Positions 28,075 through 37,835 of a DNA stretch of 64,000 bases are shown piece after piece. The first letter of the stretch is position 1. Every line of letters starts with the position of its first letter. This DNA comes from an uncultured Candidatus Rokubacteria bacterium (GTDB lineage: Bacteria > Methylomirabilota > Methylomirabilia > Rokubacteriales > CSP1-6). Below the pieces are notes generated by a model that saw only the letters and a program-made list of their open reading frames with translations, did no database searches and was not told the origin of the DNA. The stretch lies in assembly GCA_963762145.1 (NCBI GenBank), contig CAVXJS010000017.1, positions 52,741 to 116,740 of the forward strand. Reading direction: 5' to 3'. The position numbers and the translations under genes are program-made.

Positions 28075-29213
28075 AGGTCGGGGTCGCCCTCAACATGCTC
28101 CAGAAGCCGGGGCTCTCGGACGCCGCGGTGTTCGCCGAGCACATGGCGCTGGGCGACCTCGCCGAGCCCCTGGGCTTCGACTCGCTCTTCGCCCTCGAGC
28201 ACCACTTCACCGGCTACGCCATGTCGCCCTCTCCGATCCAGCTGCTCAGCTACTACGCGGGGCGCACGAAGCGCATCACGCTCGGCACCGCGGTCATCGT
28301 GCTGCCGTGGCACGATCCGATCCGGGTGGCCGAGCAGATCGCCCTCCTCGACGTGATGTCGGGGGGCCGCTGCCTGTTCGGGTTCGGGCGGGGCGCGGCG
28401 AGCGTCGAGTACGCGGGCTTCCGCATCCCGATGGAGGAGGCCCGGCCGCGGTTCGTGGAGGCGGCGAAGATCATCGTCACCGCGCTCACCCAGGACGCGT
28501 TCGAGTGGGAGGGCGAGTTCTTCCGGATCCCGCGCACCTCGATCCGCCCGCGTCCGATCTCGCATCCCGAGCGCCGCTTCTACGCGTCGTCGGTGAGCCC
28601 GGAGTCCGCCGAGATCATGGCGAAGCTCGGCTTCGGGATCCTCGTCATCATGCAGAACGAGTGGCCGAAGGCGGCCCAGGACATCCACCGATACCAGGAG
28701 CTGTCGCGGAGCGTCGGCCACGCGCCGCGCCCGCCGATCATCCTCACCAACGTCTCGGTGGCGGAGAGCCGGGCCGAGGCGCACGAGCGCGCGGGATGCT
28801 ACCTCGCGCGCAAGTGGGACTCGATCGACACGCACTACCACTTCTCGGACGGCCACCTCGCGAACGTGAAGGGGTACGAGTTCTACGGCGGGATGGCGAA
28901 GACGTACTCGAAGATGAAGGACGAGAGCTACCGGAAGAAGGCGACCGAGTTCTACGTGAAGATCCAGGTGACCGGCACGCCGGACGACTGCATCCAGCAG
29001 GTCGCCGAGCTGCGCCGGCTCACCGGCCTCGATCATCTCGTCACCGAGTTCGGCTTCGGCGGCATGCCGCACGAGGAGGCCGAGCTCAACATGCGCCTCT
29101 TCGCGGATCGGGTGGTGCCCGTCCTGCAGCGGGACTCGGCGTTCACGCGCGCCGAGAGCCCGGTCGACGCCGGCGAGGTGTCATCGGGACCCGGCGTCTT
29201 CGCTCCCGCGTAG
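28071..29213 (+). CDS. LLM class flavin-dependent oxidoreductase
   Basis: GFDSLFALEHHFTGY, LPWHDPIRVAEQIALLD..SGGR..FGFGRG; GTG overlaps the upstream TGA. Confidence 0.93.
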   Translation: MKVGVALNMLQKPGLSDAAVFAEHMALGDLAEPLGFDSLFALEHHFTGYAMSPSPIQLLSYYAGRTKRITLGTAVIVLPWHDPIRVAEQIALLDVMSGGRCLFGFGRGAASVEYAGFRIPMEEARPRFVEAAKIIVTALTQDAFEWEGEFFRIPRTSIRPRPISHPERRFYASSVSPESAEIMAKLGFGILVIMQNEWPKAAQDIHRYQELSRSVGHAPRPPIILTNVSVAESRAEAHERAGCYLARKWDSIDTHYHFSDGHLANVKGYEFYGGMAKTYSKMKDESYRKKATEFYVKIQVTGTPDDCIQQVAELRRLTGLDHLVTEFGFGGMPHEEAELNMRLFADRVVPVLQRDSAFTRAESPVDAGEVSSGPGVFAPA

Positions 29214-29234
29214 CTCCCTACCTGAGAGGCCGAC

Positions 29235-30952
29235 ATGACCTACGACCTGGTGATCCGCGGCGGCACCGTGGTCGATGGCTCCGGGCTCCCGCGCTACCGC
29301 GCCGACGTGGGCATCCGCGGGCGATCGCATCGCGCGCATCGGCACCATCCACGCGCGGGGGCGCGAGGAGGTCGACGCGCGCCACCAGGTCGTCGCGCCC
29401 GGCTTCATCGACGGCCACACCCACATGGACGCGCAGGTGGCGTGGGATCCGCTCGGCACGTGCTCGTGCTGGCACGGGGTGACCAGCGTCGTCATGGGCA
29501 ACTGCGGCTTCACGCTGGCGCCCTGCCGGCCCGACGAGCGGCACCTGGTCGTGCGCAACCTCGAGCGCGCCGAGGACATCCCGGCCGAGGCGATGGAGGC
29601 GGGCATCGACTGGACGTGGGAGACGTACGCGCAGTACCTCGACGCCGTCGCGCGCTGGCCGAAGGGCATCAACTACGCGGGCTACGTCGGCCACTCGGCG
29701 CTGCGCACCTACGCCATGGGCGAGCGCGCGTTCTCCGAGCCGGCCACCGCCGCAGGACCTGGCGGTGATGAAGCGCGAGCTGGCGGACGCGCTGGCCGCG
29801 GGGGCGATGGGGTTCACGACCTCGCGCACCCGCAACCACGAGACGGCGGACCGGCGGCCGGTGGCCAGCCGCGTCGCCGAGTGGGGCGAGGTGCGCGAGC
29901 TGGTGCGGGTGATGGGCGACCTCGGCGCGCGGCATCTTCGAGATCGCCGGCGAGGACACGGGCCGCGACCCCGACCGCCAGCGCGACTACCTCGGCCGGC
30001 TGCGCGATCTGGCGGTGGAGACCGGCGTGCCGGTCACGTGGGGCATGTTCAGCTCGCGCTTCGCGCCGGACGCCTGGCGCGCGTACTTCGACCATGCTCG
30101 ACGAGACCGCGCGCGCCGGCGGGCGCATGTTCGCCCAGGTGCACAGCCGCGCGCTCGCGGTGCGTGCTCTCGTTCGAGACGCGGCTGCCCTTCGACCGCC
30201 TGCCCGAGTGGCGCGAGCTGCGCCGGCGCCCGCTCGACGAGCAGCGCGCTGCTCCTGCGCGACGCCGACGTGCGCCGGCGGCTGGTGAAGGCGGCCGCCG
30301 AGGCGGAGTACGGCCGCGTCGTCGGCGCCGAGGCCCGGAAGCCCGACTACGAGTGGATCGATGCTCATGGAGGATCCGTGCGGACCGCACCGGTCGATCG
30401 CCGAGATCGCGCGCGAGCGCGGCGTGGATCCGGTGGAGGCCATGATCGAGCTCGCGCTGGAGCGCGACCTCAAGGCGTTCTTCGTCCAGCCGCTGTTCAA
30501 CGAGAACCTCGACCACGTGCTGGAGATGATGAAGCACCCGCGCTCGGTGGTGACGTTCTCCGATTCCGGCGCGCACGTCTCCCAGATCATGGACTCGTCG
30601 CTGCAGACCCAGGTGCTCGCCTACTGGGTGCGCCGCCGCCAGGCGCTCACCCTCGAGGAGGGCGGTGCGGATGCTGAGCCTCGAGCCGGCGTCGGCGTGG
30701 GGCCTCCACGAGCGCGGGCTGCTGCGCGAGGGGCTGGCCGCCGACGTGATCGTCTTCGATCCCGACCGCGTGGCCCCCGACATGCCCGAGGTGGTGAACG
30801 ACCTGCCCGCCGGCGCCCGGCGCCTGCGCCAGAAGGCCACCGGCTTCCACGCCTCGATCGTCAACGGCCAGGTGGTGCTGCGCGACGGGGAGCACACGGG
30901 CGCGTTCCCCGGCCGCGTCCTCCGCGGGCCCCTCGCCGGGGCAGGCCGCTGA
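29235..30952 (+). CDS. N-acyl-D-amino acid deacylase family amidohydrolase (multiple frameshifts)
   Basis: YDLVIRGGTVVDGSG; APGFIDGHTHMD; GVTSVVMGNCGF; SDSGAHV; RGLLREGLAADVIVFD; DLPAGARRL, spread over alternating frames. Confidence 0.9.
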
Positions 30953-30965
30953 GTCGACGCGGCGC

Positions 30966-31433
30966 ATGATTCCCGATCGGGTAGTGGAGGCCTTCGAGGG
31001 CCCGGCCTATGTCCAGATCGGGAGCCGGGACGAAGCACTCCGACCCAAGCACACGATGGCGGTCGGCGCCATGGTCCACCCCGATCGGCAGACGGTGACC
31101 GTGTTCGTCCCGGCCGCGCGCTCCGAGCGGGTGCTGCGCGACCTGACGCGGAACGGTCGGATCGCGGTCAACGCCGGGCTCGCCAGCCACGAGGCCTATC
31201 AGCTCAAGGGGACGTACATCTCGTCGCGGCCCACCGACGACGCCGACCGGGCCCGCCAGGAGGTCTACCGCGCTGCGCTGCTGCAGTCCGCCCTCGAGGC
31301 CGGGTATCCGGAGGGCCTGGCGCGAAGCTTCTGCCTGGGCTACGCCTATGCGCCGGGCGTGGCGATCACCTTTCGCGCGGAGGAAGTGTTCCTGCAGACG
31401 CCCGGCCCCGGCGCCGGCACCCGCCTCTCCTGA
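30966..31433 (+). CDS. Pyridoxamine 5'-phosphate oxidase-like (flavin split-barrel) protein A
   Basis: IGSRD..LRP, DLTRNGRIAV, HEAYQLKG, EEVFLQTPGPGAG. Confidence 0.78.
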   Translation: MIPDRVVEAFEGPAYVQIGSRDEALRPKHTMAVGAMVHPDRQTVTVFVPAARSERVLRDLTRNGRIAVNAGLASHEAYQLKGTYISSRPTDDADRARQEVYRAALLQSALEAGYPEGLARSFCLGYAYAPGVAITFRAEEVFLQTPGPGAGTRLS

Positions 31434-31450
31434 GAGGAGCGCCGCGCCCC

Positions 31451-31885
31451 GTGGGGATCCTTCCGGACGAGATCAAGGCGGCGATGCAGGGGGTGATCCC
31501 CTCGCACGTCGTGACGTGCTCGCGTGACGGCACCCCGAACGCGAGCGTCATCTCGCAGGTCTACTACGTGGACCCCGATCACGTGGCGCTCTCCCACCAG
31601 TTCTTCAACAAGACCAAGCGCAACATCGAGGAGAACCCGCGGGCGGCGGTCTCGCTGATCAGTCCCGAGACCTTCGACTCGTGGGACCTCGACCTGGAGT
31701 TCGTGCGATCCGAGACCAGCGGGCCGGTCTTCGAGGTCATGGAGATGCAGATCGAGGCCATCGCCTCCATGGTGGGGATGAAGGGGATCTTCAAGCTGCG
31801 CGCGGCCGACATCTTCCGGGTCGCCGCCGTGACGAAGACGGTCGGCGAGCGGATCCCGCCCGCGGAGATCCCCGCGCCCCGCTGA
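31451..31885 (+). CDS. Pyridoxamine 5'-phosphate oxidase-like (flavin split-barrel) protein B
   Basis: TCSRDGTPN, VALSHQFFNKTKRNIEENPRA. Confidence 0.88.
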   Translation: MGILPDEIKAAMQGVIPSHVVTCSRDGTPNASVISQVYYVDPDHVALSHQFFNKTKRNIEENPRAAVSLISPETFDSWDLDLEFVRSETSGPVFEVMEMQIEAIASMVGMKGIFKLRAADIFRVAAVTKTVGERIPPAEIPAPR

Positions 31886-31900
31886 GGCGGCGGGACCAGA

Positions 31901-33232
31901 GTGGCCACCGACCCTCGCGATACGTCGGATCTCCGAGAGCAGATCGCCCAGAACCAGCAGGCGATCGATCGGCTCAACCGCGACCTCGCCCGGCGGTCCG
32001 ACGAGATCCGGATCATCCAGCAGATCTCCTCCGAGATCACCTCCACGCTGAACCTCGACGAGGTGCTCGGGATCGTCCTGCGGGCCATGGACACCGTGCT
32101 GGGCTTCGCGCACTCGATGATCCTCCTCAAGGACCTGGGCGACGACCTCCTGCGGGTCGCGGCGACCCGCGGCTACGGGGACCAGCCCGCCGGCGCGCCG
32201 GTGCGCCTGGGAGAAGGCGTCATCGGCGTCGTCGGCGAGCGCCGGCGGATGATGCGGATGGGCAACATCGGCGCCAGCATGCGCTATGTCAAGGGCGTGC
32301 GGGCGCGGATGGAAGCGTCCGGCGAGGTCGCCCCGTCCGAGGCCCCCACCGCGGTCTTGCCCGGCCTGGCGGACGCGCAGAGTCAGCTCGCCCTGCCGCT
32401 GACCGTCAAGGACCGGCTGGTCGGGGTGCTGGCGGTGGAGAGCCGCACCCCGAACGCCTTCGACGAGCTGGACGAGGTGCTGCTGCGCATCGTCGGCAAC
32501 CAGGCGGCGACCGCGATCGACAACGCCCGCACCTATCAGATGGTGGACCAGCTCGGCCGCCTGAAGCGCTTCTTCTCGCCTCAGCTCGCCGACCTGATCA
32601 TCCGGGGCGGGGCCGACGATCCCTTGAAGACGCACCGCCGCGAGATCACCGTCGTCTTCCTCGACCTCCGCGGCTTCACCGCCTTCGCGGAGACCTCGGA
32701 GCCCGAGGAGCTGATGGGGGTGCTGCACGAGTACCATGCCGAGATGGGGCGGCTGATCCTCGCGCACGAGGGCACGCTGGAGCGGTTCACCGGCGACGGG
32801 ATGATGGTCTTCTTCAACGATCCGCTCCCGATGCCGGACGCCGCGGAGCGCGCGGTGCGGATGGCGGTGGCGATGCGGGACCGGGCCGCCGAGCTGAGCG
32901 TCGGCTGGCGCCGCAAGGGGTACGAGCTGGATCTGGGCATCGGGATCGCCAAGGGCTTCGCCACGATCGGGGCCATCGGGTTCGAGGGCCGCTGGGACTA
33001 CGGCGCCATCGGCACCGTGACGAACCTGGCCGCGCGCCTTTGCGCGGAGGCCAAGCCCGGGCAGATCCTGATCGCGCCCCGGGTGCTCCTGGAGATCGAG
33101 GCCCTCCTGGAGGTCGAGGAGCTGGGGCTCCTCACGGTGAAGGGCCTGGCGAGGCCGGTCAAGCCCCTGAACGTCGTGCGGCTCCGGGACGCGGCCAACA
33201 AGTTTGCTGCGCAGGACCCGGCCACGGGGTAG
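31901..33232 (+). CDS. Coiled coil-GAF-class III nucleotide cyclase
   Basis: GAF (GEGVIG..., SQLALPL...LVGVL, AIDNAR); cyclase FLDLRGFT, ERFTGDG, DYGAIGTVTNLAARL. Confidence 0.93.
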   Translation: MATDPRDTSDLREQIAQNQQAIDRLNRDLARRSDEIRIIQQISSEITSTLNLDEVLGIVLRAMDTVLGFAHSMILLKDLGDDLLRVAATRGYGDQPAGAPVRLGEGVIGVVGERRRMMRMGNIGASMRYVKGVRARMEASGEVAPSEAPTAVLPGLADAQSQLALPLTVKDRLVGVLAVESRTPNAFDELDEVLLRIVGNQAATAIDNARTYQMVDQLGRLKRFFSPQLADLIIRGGADDPLKTHRREITVVFLDLRGFTAFAETSEPEELMGVLHEYHAEMGRLILAHEGTLERFTGDGMMVFFNDPLPMPDAAERAVRMAVAMRDRAAELSVGWRRKGYELDLGIGIAKGFATIGAIGFEGRWDYGAIGTVTNLAARLCAEAKPGQILIAPRVLLEIEALLEVEELGLLTVKGLARPVKPLNVVRLRDAANKFAAQDPATG

Positions 33233-33278
33233 GATTCAGCCGCCACGCCCCTCGAAACGGAACGAGAGGAGAGAGACC

Positions 33279-34745
33279 ATGCACAGGCCCGTGCGGTTTG
33301 CCGATGACATCGAGCCGCTGGTGCAGTTCATCGAGGAGACCGACCCGGGCCGGATCCTCGAGGCCACCCTGGCCAAGCTGCGGGACGGCCTGTCGGTCAA
33401 GAAGCTCCTGACCGCGTCGGCGCTCGCGGTCACTCGTTCCTCGGACCTGCCGCCCGGCCACCACGGCGGGCCGCTGCACCCGCTCGTCGGGCTCCACGCG
33501 CTCCACCACACCGTCGAGCGGGTGTCGGGCGAGCAGCGATTCCTGCCGATCCTTCAGCACGTCGCGCTGTCGAACAAGCACATCAATCACCCCGGCATGG
33601 GCCCGTACATCCTGGCGGATGCCGAGCCGGTGGACGTCGGGCGGCGTCGAGGCCACGAAGAAGGCGTTCTTCGCCGCGCGTGGATCGCGGCCTGTACAAC
33701 GCGCGCGGATCACGCACTTCCTCTGGCTCTGGGACAACATCCCGCACGGCGAGGCGCTGGACCTGCTGCTGACCGTGGCGATCCCGAAGAACATGCTCGA
33801 CGATCACTACTTCATCTTCCCCATGTTCACGTGGCGCGCCCTCGACTGGCTGGGACGCGAGCACACGCCGTTCCTGATGCGTCCCGCCGTCCGCTACGTC
33901 AGCCGGTTCCCCACGCCGCCCGCGCTGCGGGACATCGAGCCGCTGCTCGACGAGTACGAGCTCCTGAAGCGTCCGCTCGGGTTCCACACGAGCCCGGATG
34001 AGACGCCGGCGATCGGTCGTCCTGGGCGAGGCGATCACCCGGTGCGACGCCTATGCCGAGATCCCGAGGATGCTCGCGAAGGCCCTCGCGGACGGTCTGT
34101 CGCTCCAGGGCACCGGCGAAGCCTTGTCGATCGGGGCCGCCGGCCTGTTCATGCGGTCGCTCACCGGCAATCCGATGGACGTGCACCTGCACACGGGCGT
34201 GAACCTGCGCCGGTATCTCCTGAAGCTGGAAGGGGTGAGCCTGCGGAACAAGCTGCTGGCGCTGCTGACGTGGCACACCGGTCCCGAGGTGCGCTCGACG
34301 CAGAACCGCATGGAGCCGCCGCCCCAGCCGGATCCGGCGGCGGTCGCGGCGCTGCCCCATCGCACCCAGGCCGCGCTGCTGGATGCGCTCGCGGAGAGCA
34401 TCTACACGCAGCCGCCGACCGACTGGTCGAAGGTCACCAATCTCGGGCTGATGCGCGCGGTGCCCGAGGTGAAGAACACCGTGAACCTCGCGCAGCAGTA
34501 CGCCGACCTCGGGTACGACCCGGATGCGCTCATCAGCCGTCTGGCCGACGATCGTCGTGCACGACAACTTCACCGAGATGCACGCCTTCAAGCACCATCA
34601 GGCGACCATCGAGGAGTTCCACGCCACCCGGCTTCCGTGGCGCTGGCGCCACCTCGTGAGCGCGGCGCAGGCGTCGGCCATCTCCTACGGCAAGAACATG
34701 GAGATCTACGAGGAGGCGGTCGAGCTCCTCCACGCGCAGAGCTAG
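33279..34745 (+). CDS. His-rich helical hypothetical protein (multiple frameshifts)
   Basis: SD GAGGAG; coding-like segments GHHGGPLH, LDDHYFIFP, NPMDVHLHTG and HDNFTEMHAFKHHQA in successive frames. Confidence 0.78.
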
Positions 34746-34770
34746 AGGAGGGGCCCGAGGGGCCCGCGTC

Positions 34771-35127
34771 TCAAAGGCGCGTGACGTTCGCCGCCACGCA
34801 CATCCAGCCGGCCCCGCGTCGCGCCCACACGTCCGTGTAGCGTCCGGCACCGGGCTGGCCGTCCGCCTTGGTGTACGTGGTGCGGGCGTGGATCAGCGCC
34901 ACGTCGCCCAGCACGCGGATGAGCACGTCCTCGATGTCGAGGTTCTTGACGGTCGACCCGCGCCCGATCTGGGCCAGGAAGCCCGCGCGGTCCAGTAGCG
35001 AGCAGTCGGGGTTGGTGTTGACGAAGTCCGCGGAGAGGTTCGCGTCGAACCACCGCACGTCCGCCTCGCTGACCGATCGGATGTACTCGCGATTGAGCGC
35101 CTCGAGCGTCGCCTGGTCGGTGGCCAT
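34771..35127 (-). CDS. NTF2/DUF4440 family protein
   Basis: LEALN..Y, DF..TNPD.S..D.AGFL..I, GDVALIHA, GRYTDVW.RR..W.CV. Confidence 0.9.
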   Translation of the reverse strand: MATDQATLEALNREYIRSVSEADVRWFDANLSADFVNTNPDCSLLDRAGFLAQIGRGSTVKNLDIEDVLIRVLGDVALIHARTTYTKADGQPGAGRYTDVWARRGAGWMCVAANVTRL

Positions 35128-35129
35128 GG

Positions 35130-35501
35130 TCAGCACCTCGTGAAGTGGGCGGACACGCAGAGCCAGCGCCCGTTCCGCCGCTGCCAGATGTCGGTGTAGC
35201 GTCCCCGGCCGTGGCTGCCGTCGGGCCGCGTGTCCTCGAAGCTCGCGTGGATCAGGGCCACGTCGCCCACGCGCTGGACCGAGACCTCGGGCGCCCGGAA
35301 TCGCGTGACGTTATGGGGCCGCCCGATGCGGGCCAGGAAGCCCGCCTTGTCCACGAAGGAGCCGTCGGGGTTGGTGGCGCGGTAGTCGTCGGCCAGGTGC
35401 TCCGCGTACCAGGCCACGTCGGACTTCTCCGCCGCGAGCAGATATCCCCGGTTCAAGGCCTCGAGGGTCCCGAGATCGTCCGCGTTGCTCGCCATGGTCA
35501 T
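35130..35501 (-). CDS. NTF2/DUF4440 family protein (paralog of 34771..35127)
   Basis: C-terminal part of ORF 35130..37310: LEALNRGY, TNPDGSFVDKAGFL, GDVALIHA, GRYTDIW; SD AAGGAGGA. Confidence 0.9.
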   Translation of the reverse strand: MTMASNADDLGTLEALNRGYLLAAEKSDVAWYAEHLADDYRATNPDGSFVDKAGFLARIGRPHNVTRFRAPEVSVQRVGDVALIHASFEDTRPDGSHGRGRYTDIWQRRNGRWLCVSAHFTRC

Positions 35502-35547
35502 TTCCTCCTTCCATCGTCGTTCGAGCACGGCTATCCTAGGCCCGATG

Positions 35548-35592
35548 CTGGCACCTAGGAAGAGCCAGTTTTCGAAGGATCGAAGGGGCCAG
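35548..35592. promoter_or_regulatory. Candidate MocR-family operator
   Basis: CTGGC(35548) inverted to GCCAG(35564), plus direct repeat GCCAG(35588) in similar context (GAAGAGCCAG / GAAGGGGCCAG). Confidence 0.55.
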
Positions 35593-35618
35593 ATCGGCCG
35601 GCCCCCCGGCGCGGCGCC

Positions 35619-37073
35619 GTGCTGCTGAGCCTGCGGGACGCGACCGGGCCACTCTATCGCCGCGTCTACCTGGCGCTCAAGGCCAAGATCCGGGCCGGCG
35701 GTCTGGGCCCGGCCACGCGGGTTCCTTCCACGCGGGCGCTGGCGCGGGACCTCGGCGTGTCGCGTAACACCGTGATGCTGGCGTACGAGCAGCTCGCCGC
35801 GGAGGGCTACCTGGTGAGCCGGCACCGCGGCGCCACCTCGGTGGCGGGCGTGGCGCCGCCGCGCCCGGCCCCGCCGCCCGCTCGCCCCCCGGCGGAGCGT
35901 CCCGCGCCGATCTCCGCCTACGCGCGGCGTCTGACCGCGCGTCTCGACCTCGCGCCCTCCGGCCGGCCCGGCCCCCGCGCCGCGCTCCGCTACGATTTCC
36001 GCTACGGCCGGCCCGCGGTGGACGAGTTTCCCCGCGAGATCTGGCGCCGGCTCCTCGCCGCGCATGCCCGCCGCGCCTCCTCCGACGCGCTCGGCTACGG
36101 CTCGCCCGCCGGCCACGGCCCGCTGCGCGTGGCGCTCGGCGAGTACCTCGGGCGGGCGCGCGGAGTGGTGAGCGACCCGGATCGCATAGTCGTCGTGAAC
36201 GGGACGCAGCAGGCGCTGGACCTGATCGCGCGCGTGCTGCTCGATCCCGGTGACGGCGCGGTGGTGGAGGAGCCGCACTACCCCGGCGCCACCATTCCCT
36301 TCGAGGCGGTGGGCGCCCGTCTCCTGCGCGTGCCGGTGGACGGGGCCGGGCTCGATCCGGCCCGGCTGCCGCCCGCCGCGGAGCACCCGCGGCTGGCCTA
36401 CGTGACGCCCTGTCATCAGTTCCCCAGCGGCGTCATCATGCCGGTCGAGCGGCGCCTGGCCCTGCTCCAGTGGGCGTCCCGCGTCGGCGCCTGGGTCGTC
36501 GAGGACGACTACGTGAGCGAGTTCCGCTACGAGGGGCGTCCGCTGGAGGCGCTCCAGTCGCTGGACCGCGACGAGCGGGCGATCTACCTGGGGTCCTTCT
36601 CGAAGACCCTGTTCCCCGCGCTGCGCGTGGGCTATCTCGTGCTGCCGCGCGCGCTGGTGCGCCCCTTCCTTGCCGCCAAGTGGGCGGCGGATCGCTTCTC
36701 CGCCCCGCTCTACCAGGAGGCGCTGGCCGAGCTCATCACCAGCGGCCAGTTCGAGCGCTATCTCCGCCGCGCGGGCGCGCGGAACGCGGGCCGCCGGCGG
36801 GCCCTCATCACGGCGCTGCGGGAGTCCTTCGGCGGCCGCGTGGAGGTCGCGGGCGAGAACACCGGCGTGCACCTGGTGGTCTGGCTGAACGACGTGCGCT
36901 CGCGGGACCTGGACGCCCTCATCGCGCGGGCGGCCCGGGCCGGCGTGGGGATCTACCCGGTGGCGCCGTACTACGCCGCGCCGCCGCGCCGCGCCGGCCT
37001 CCTCTTCGGCTACGCCGCGCTCACGGAAGGGGAGATCCGCGCGGGCGTGCGCCGGCTGGCCGAGCTGCTCTAG
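35619..37073 (+). CDS. MocR/GabR family PLP-dependent GntR regulator
   Basis: PSTRALARDLGVSRNTV..AYEQL.AEGY; YVTPCHQFPSG; EDDY.SEFRY; GSFSKTLFPALRVGY. Confidence 0.95.
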   Translation: MLLSLRDATGPLYRRVYLALKAKIRAGGLGPATRVPSTRALARDLGVSRNTVMLAYEQLAAEGYLVSRHRGATSVAGVAPPRPAPPPARPPAERPAPISAYARRLTARLDLAPSGRPGPRAALRYDFRYGRPAVDEFPREIWRRLLAAHARRASSDALGYGSPAGHGPLRVALGEYLGRARGVVSDPDRIVVVNGTQQALDLIARVLLDPGDGAVVEEPHYPGATIPFEAVGARLLRVPVDGAGLDPARLPPAAEHPRLAYVTPCHQFPSGVIMPVERRLALLQWASRVGAWVVEDDYVSEFRYEGRPLEALQSLDRDERAIYLGSFSKTLFPALRVGYLVLPRALVRPFLAAKWAADRFSAPLYQEALAELITSGQFERYLRRAGARNAGRRRALITALRESFGGRVEVAGENTGVHLVVWLNDVRSRDLDALIARAARAGVGIYPVAPYYAAPPRRAGLLFGYAALTEGEIRAGVRRLAELL

Positions 37074-37128
37074 GAGCCAGTGCGTCTTGGCGCCCAGTAC
37101 GGCTCCGGCTGGCGGTAAGATGCAGCGC

Positions 37129-37818
37129 ATGACCGAGCTCGACGTGCTGGAAGCGATCCATACCGCCCGCGCGGTGCGCCGATTCAGGCCGGATCCGGTG
37201 CCCGAGGCGCTGATCACCCGGATCCTCGACGCGGCCATCCGTGCGCCGTCGGCGGGGAACGCGCAGAACTGGGCCTTCCTCGTCGTTCGCGACCCGGAGC
37301 AGCGGGGCAAGCTGGGCGCGATCTACCGGAAGGCGTCCGACATCGCGAGCGCGATGTACGCGGCCCGGGGCCGCCCGCCCCACCTGAGCGAAGAGCAGTT
37401 CGGCCGCCTGATGTCCTCGGGCTCGTTCCTGTGGGACCACATGGCCGACGCCCCCGTGATCCTGGTCCCCTGCCAGGCCCAGCCGAAGCTGCCCGCGCCG
37501 GAGGCGCTGCCGGCCGACGTGCGCGCGCGCTACGCCGAGGAGCAGCGCTACGTGGAGCGCATTCGCGGGGCCAGCATCTATCCCGCCGTGCAGAACATCA
37601 TCCTCGCGTGTCGGGCCTTCGGGCTCGGGACGACGATCACCACGAACCACATCCGCTGCGAGGACGAGATGAAGGAAGTCCTGGGGGTGCCCTCCGATGT
37701 CCACACGTTCGCGCTGATGCCGATCGGTTACCCGCTCGACAAGTTCGGCCCGATGGCTCGGCGACCGGTCGGCGAGGTCGCCCACGCCGACCGCTGGGGG
37801 CGCCCGTGGCCCGCGTGA
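37129..37818 (+). CDS. Nitroreductase family protein
   Basis: RAVRRF.PDPVP, RAPSAGNAQNW.F, GASIYPAVQNIILACRAFGLG, PIGYP. Confidence 0.92.
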   Translation: MTELDVLEAIHTARAVRRFRPDPVPEALITRILDAAIRAPSAGNAQNWAFLVVRDPEQRGKLGAIYRKASDIASAMYAARGRPPHLSEEQFGRLMSSGSFLWDHMADAPVILVPCQAQPKLPAPEALPADVRARYAEEQRYVERIRGASIYPAVQNIILACRAFGLGTTITTNHIRCEDEMKEVLGVPSDVHTFALMPIGYPLDKFGPMARRPVGEVAHADRWGRPWPA

Positions 37819-37835
37819 CCGGGACCGGTGCGAAC

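Noticed and set aside
26925-29213. 762-aa amidohydrolase-LLM fusion in the ORF track
   Set aside because: Artefact of indels: the real amidohydrolase C-terminus is in another frame and stops at 28074, overlapping the LLM GTG at 28071.
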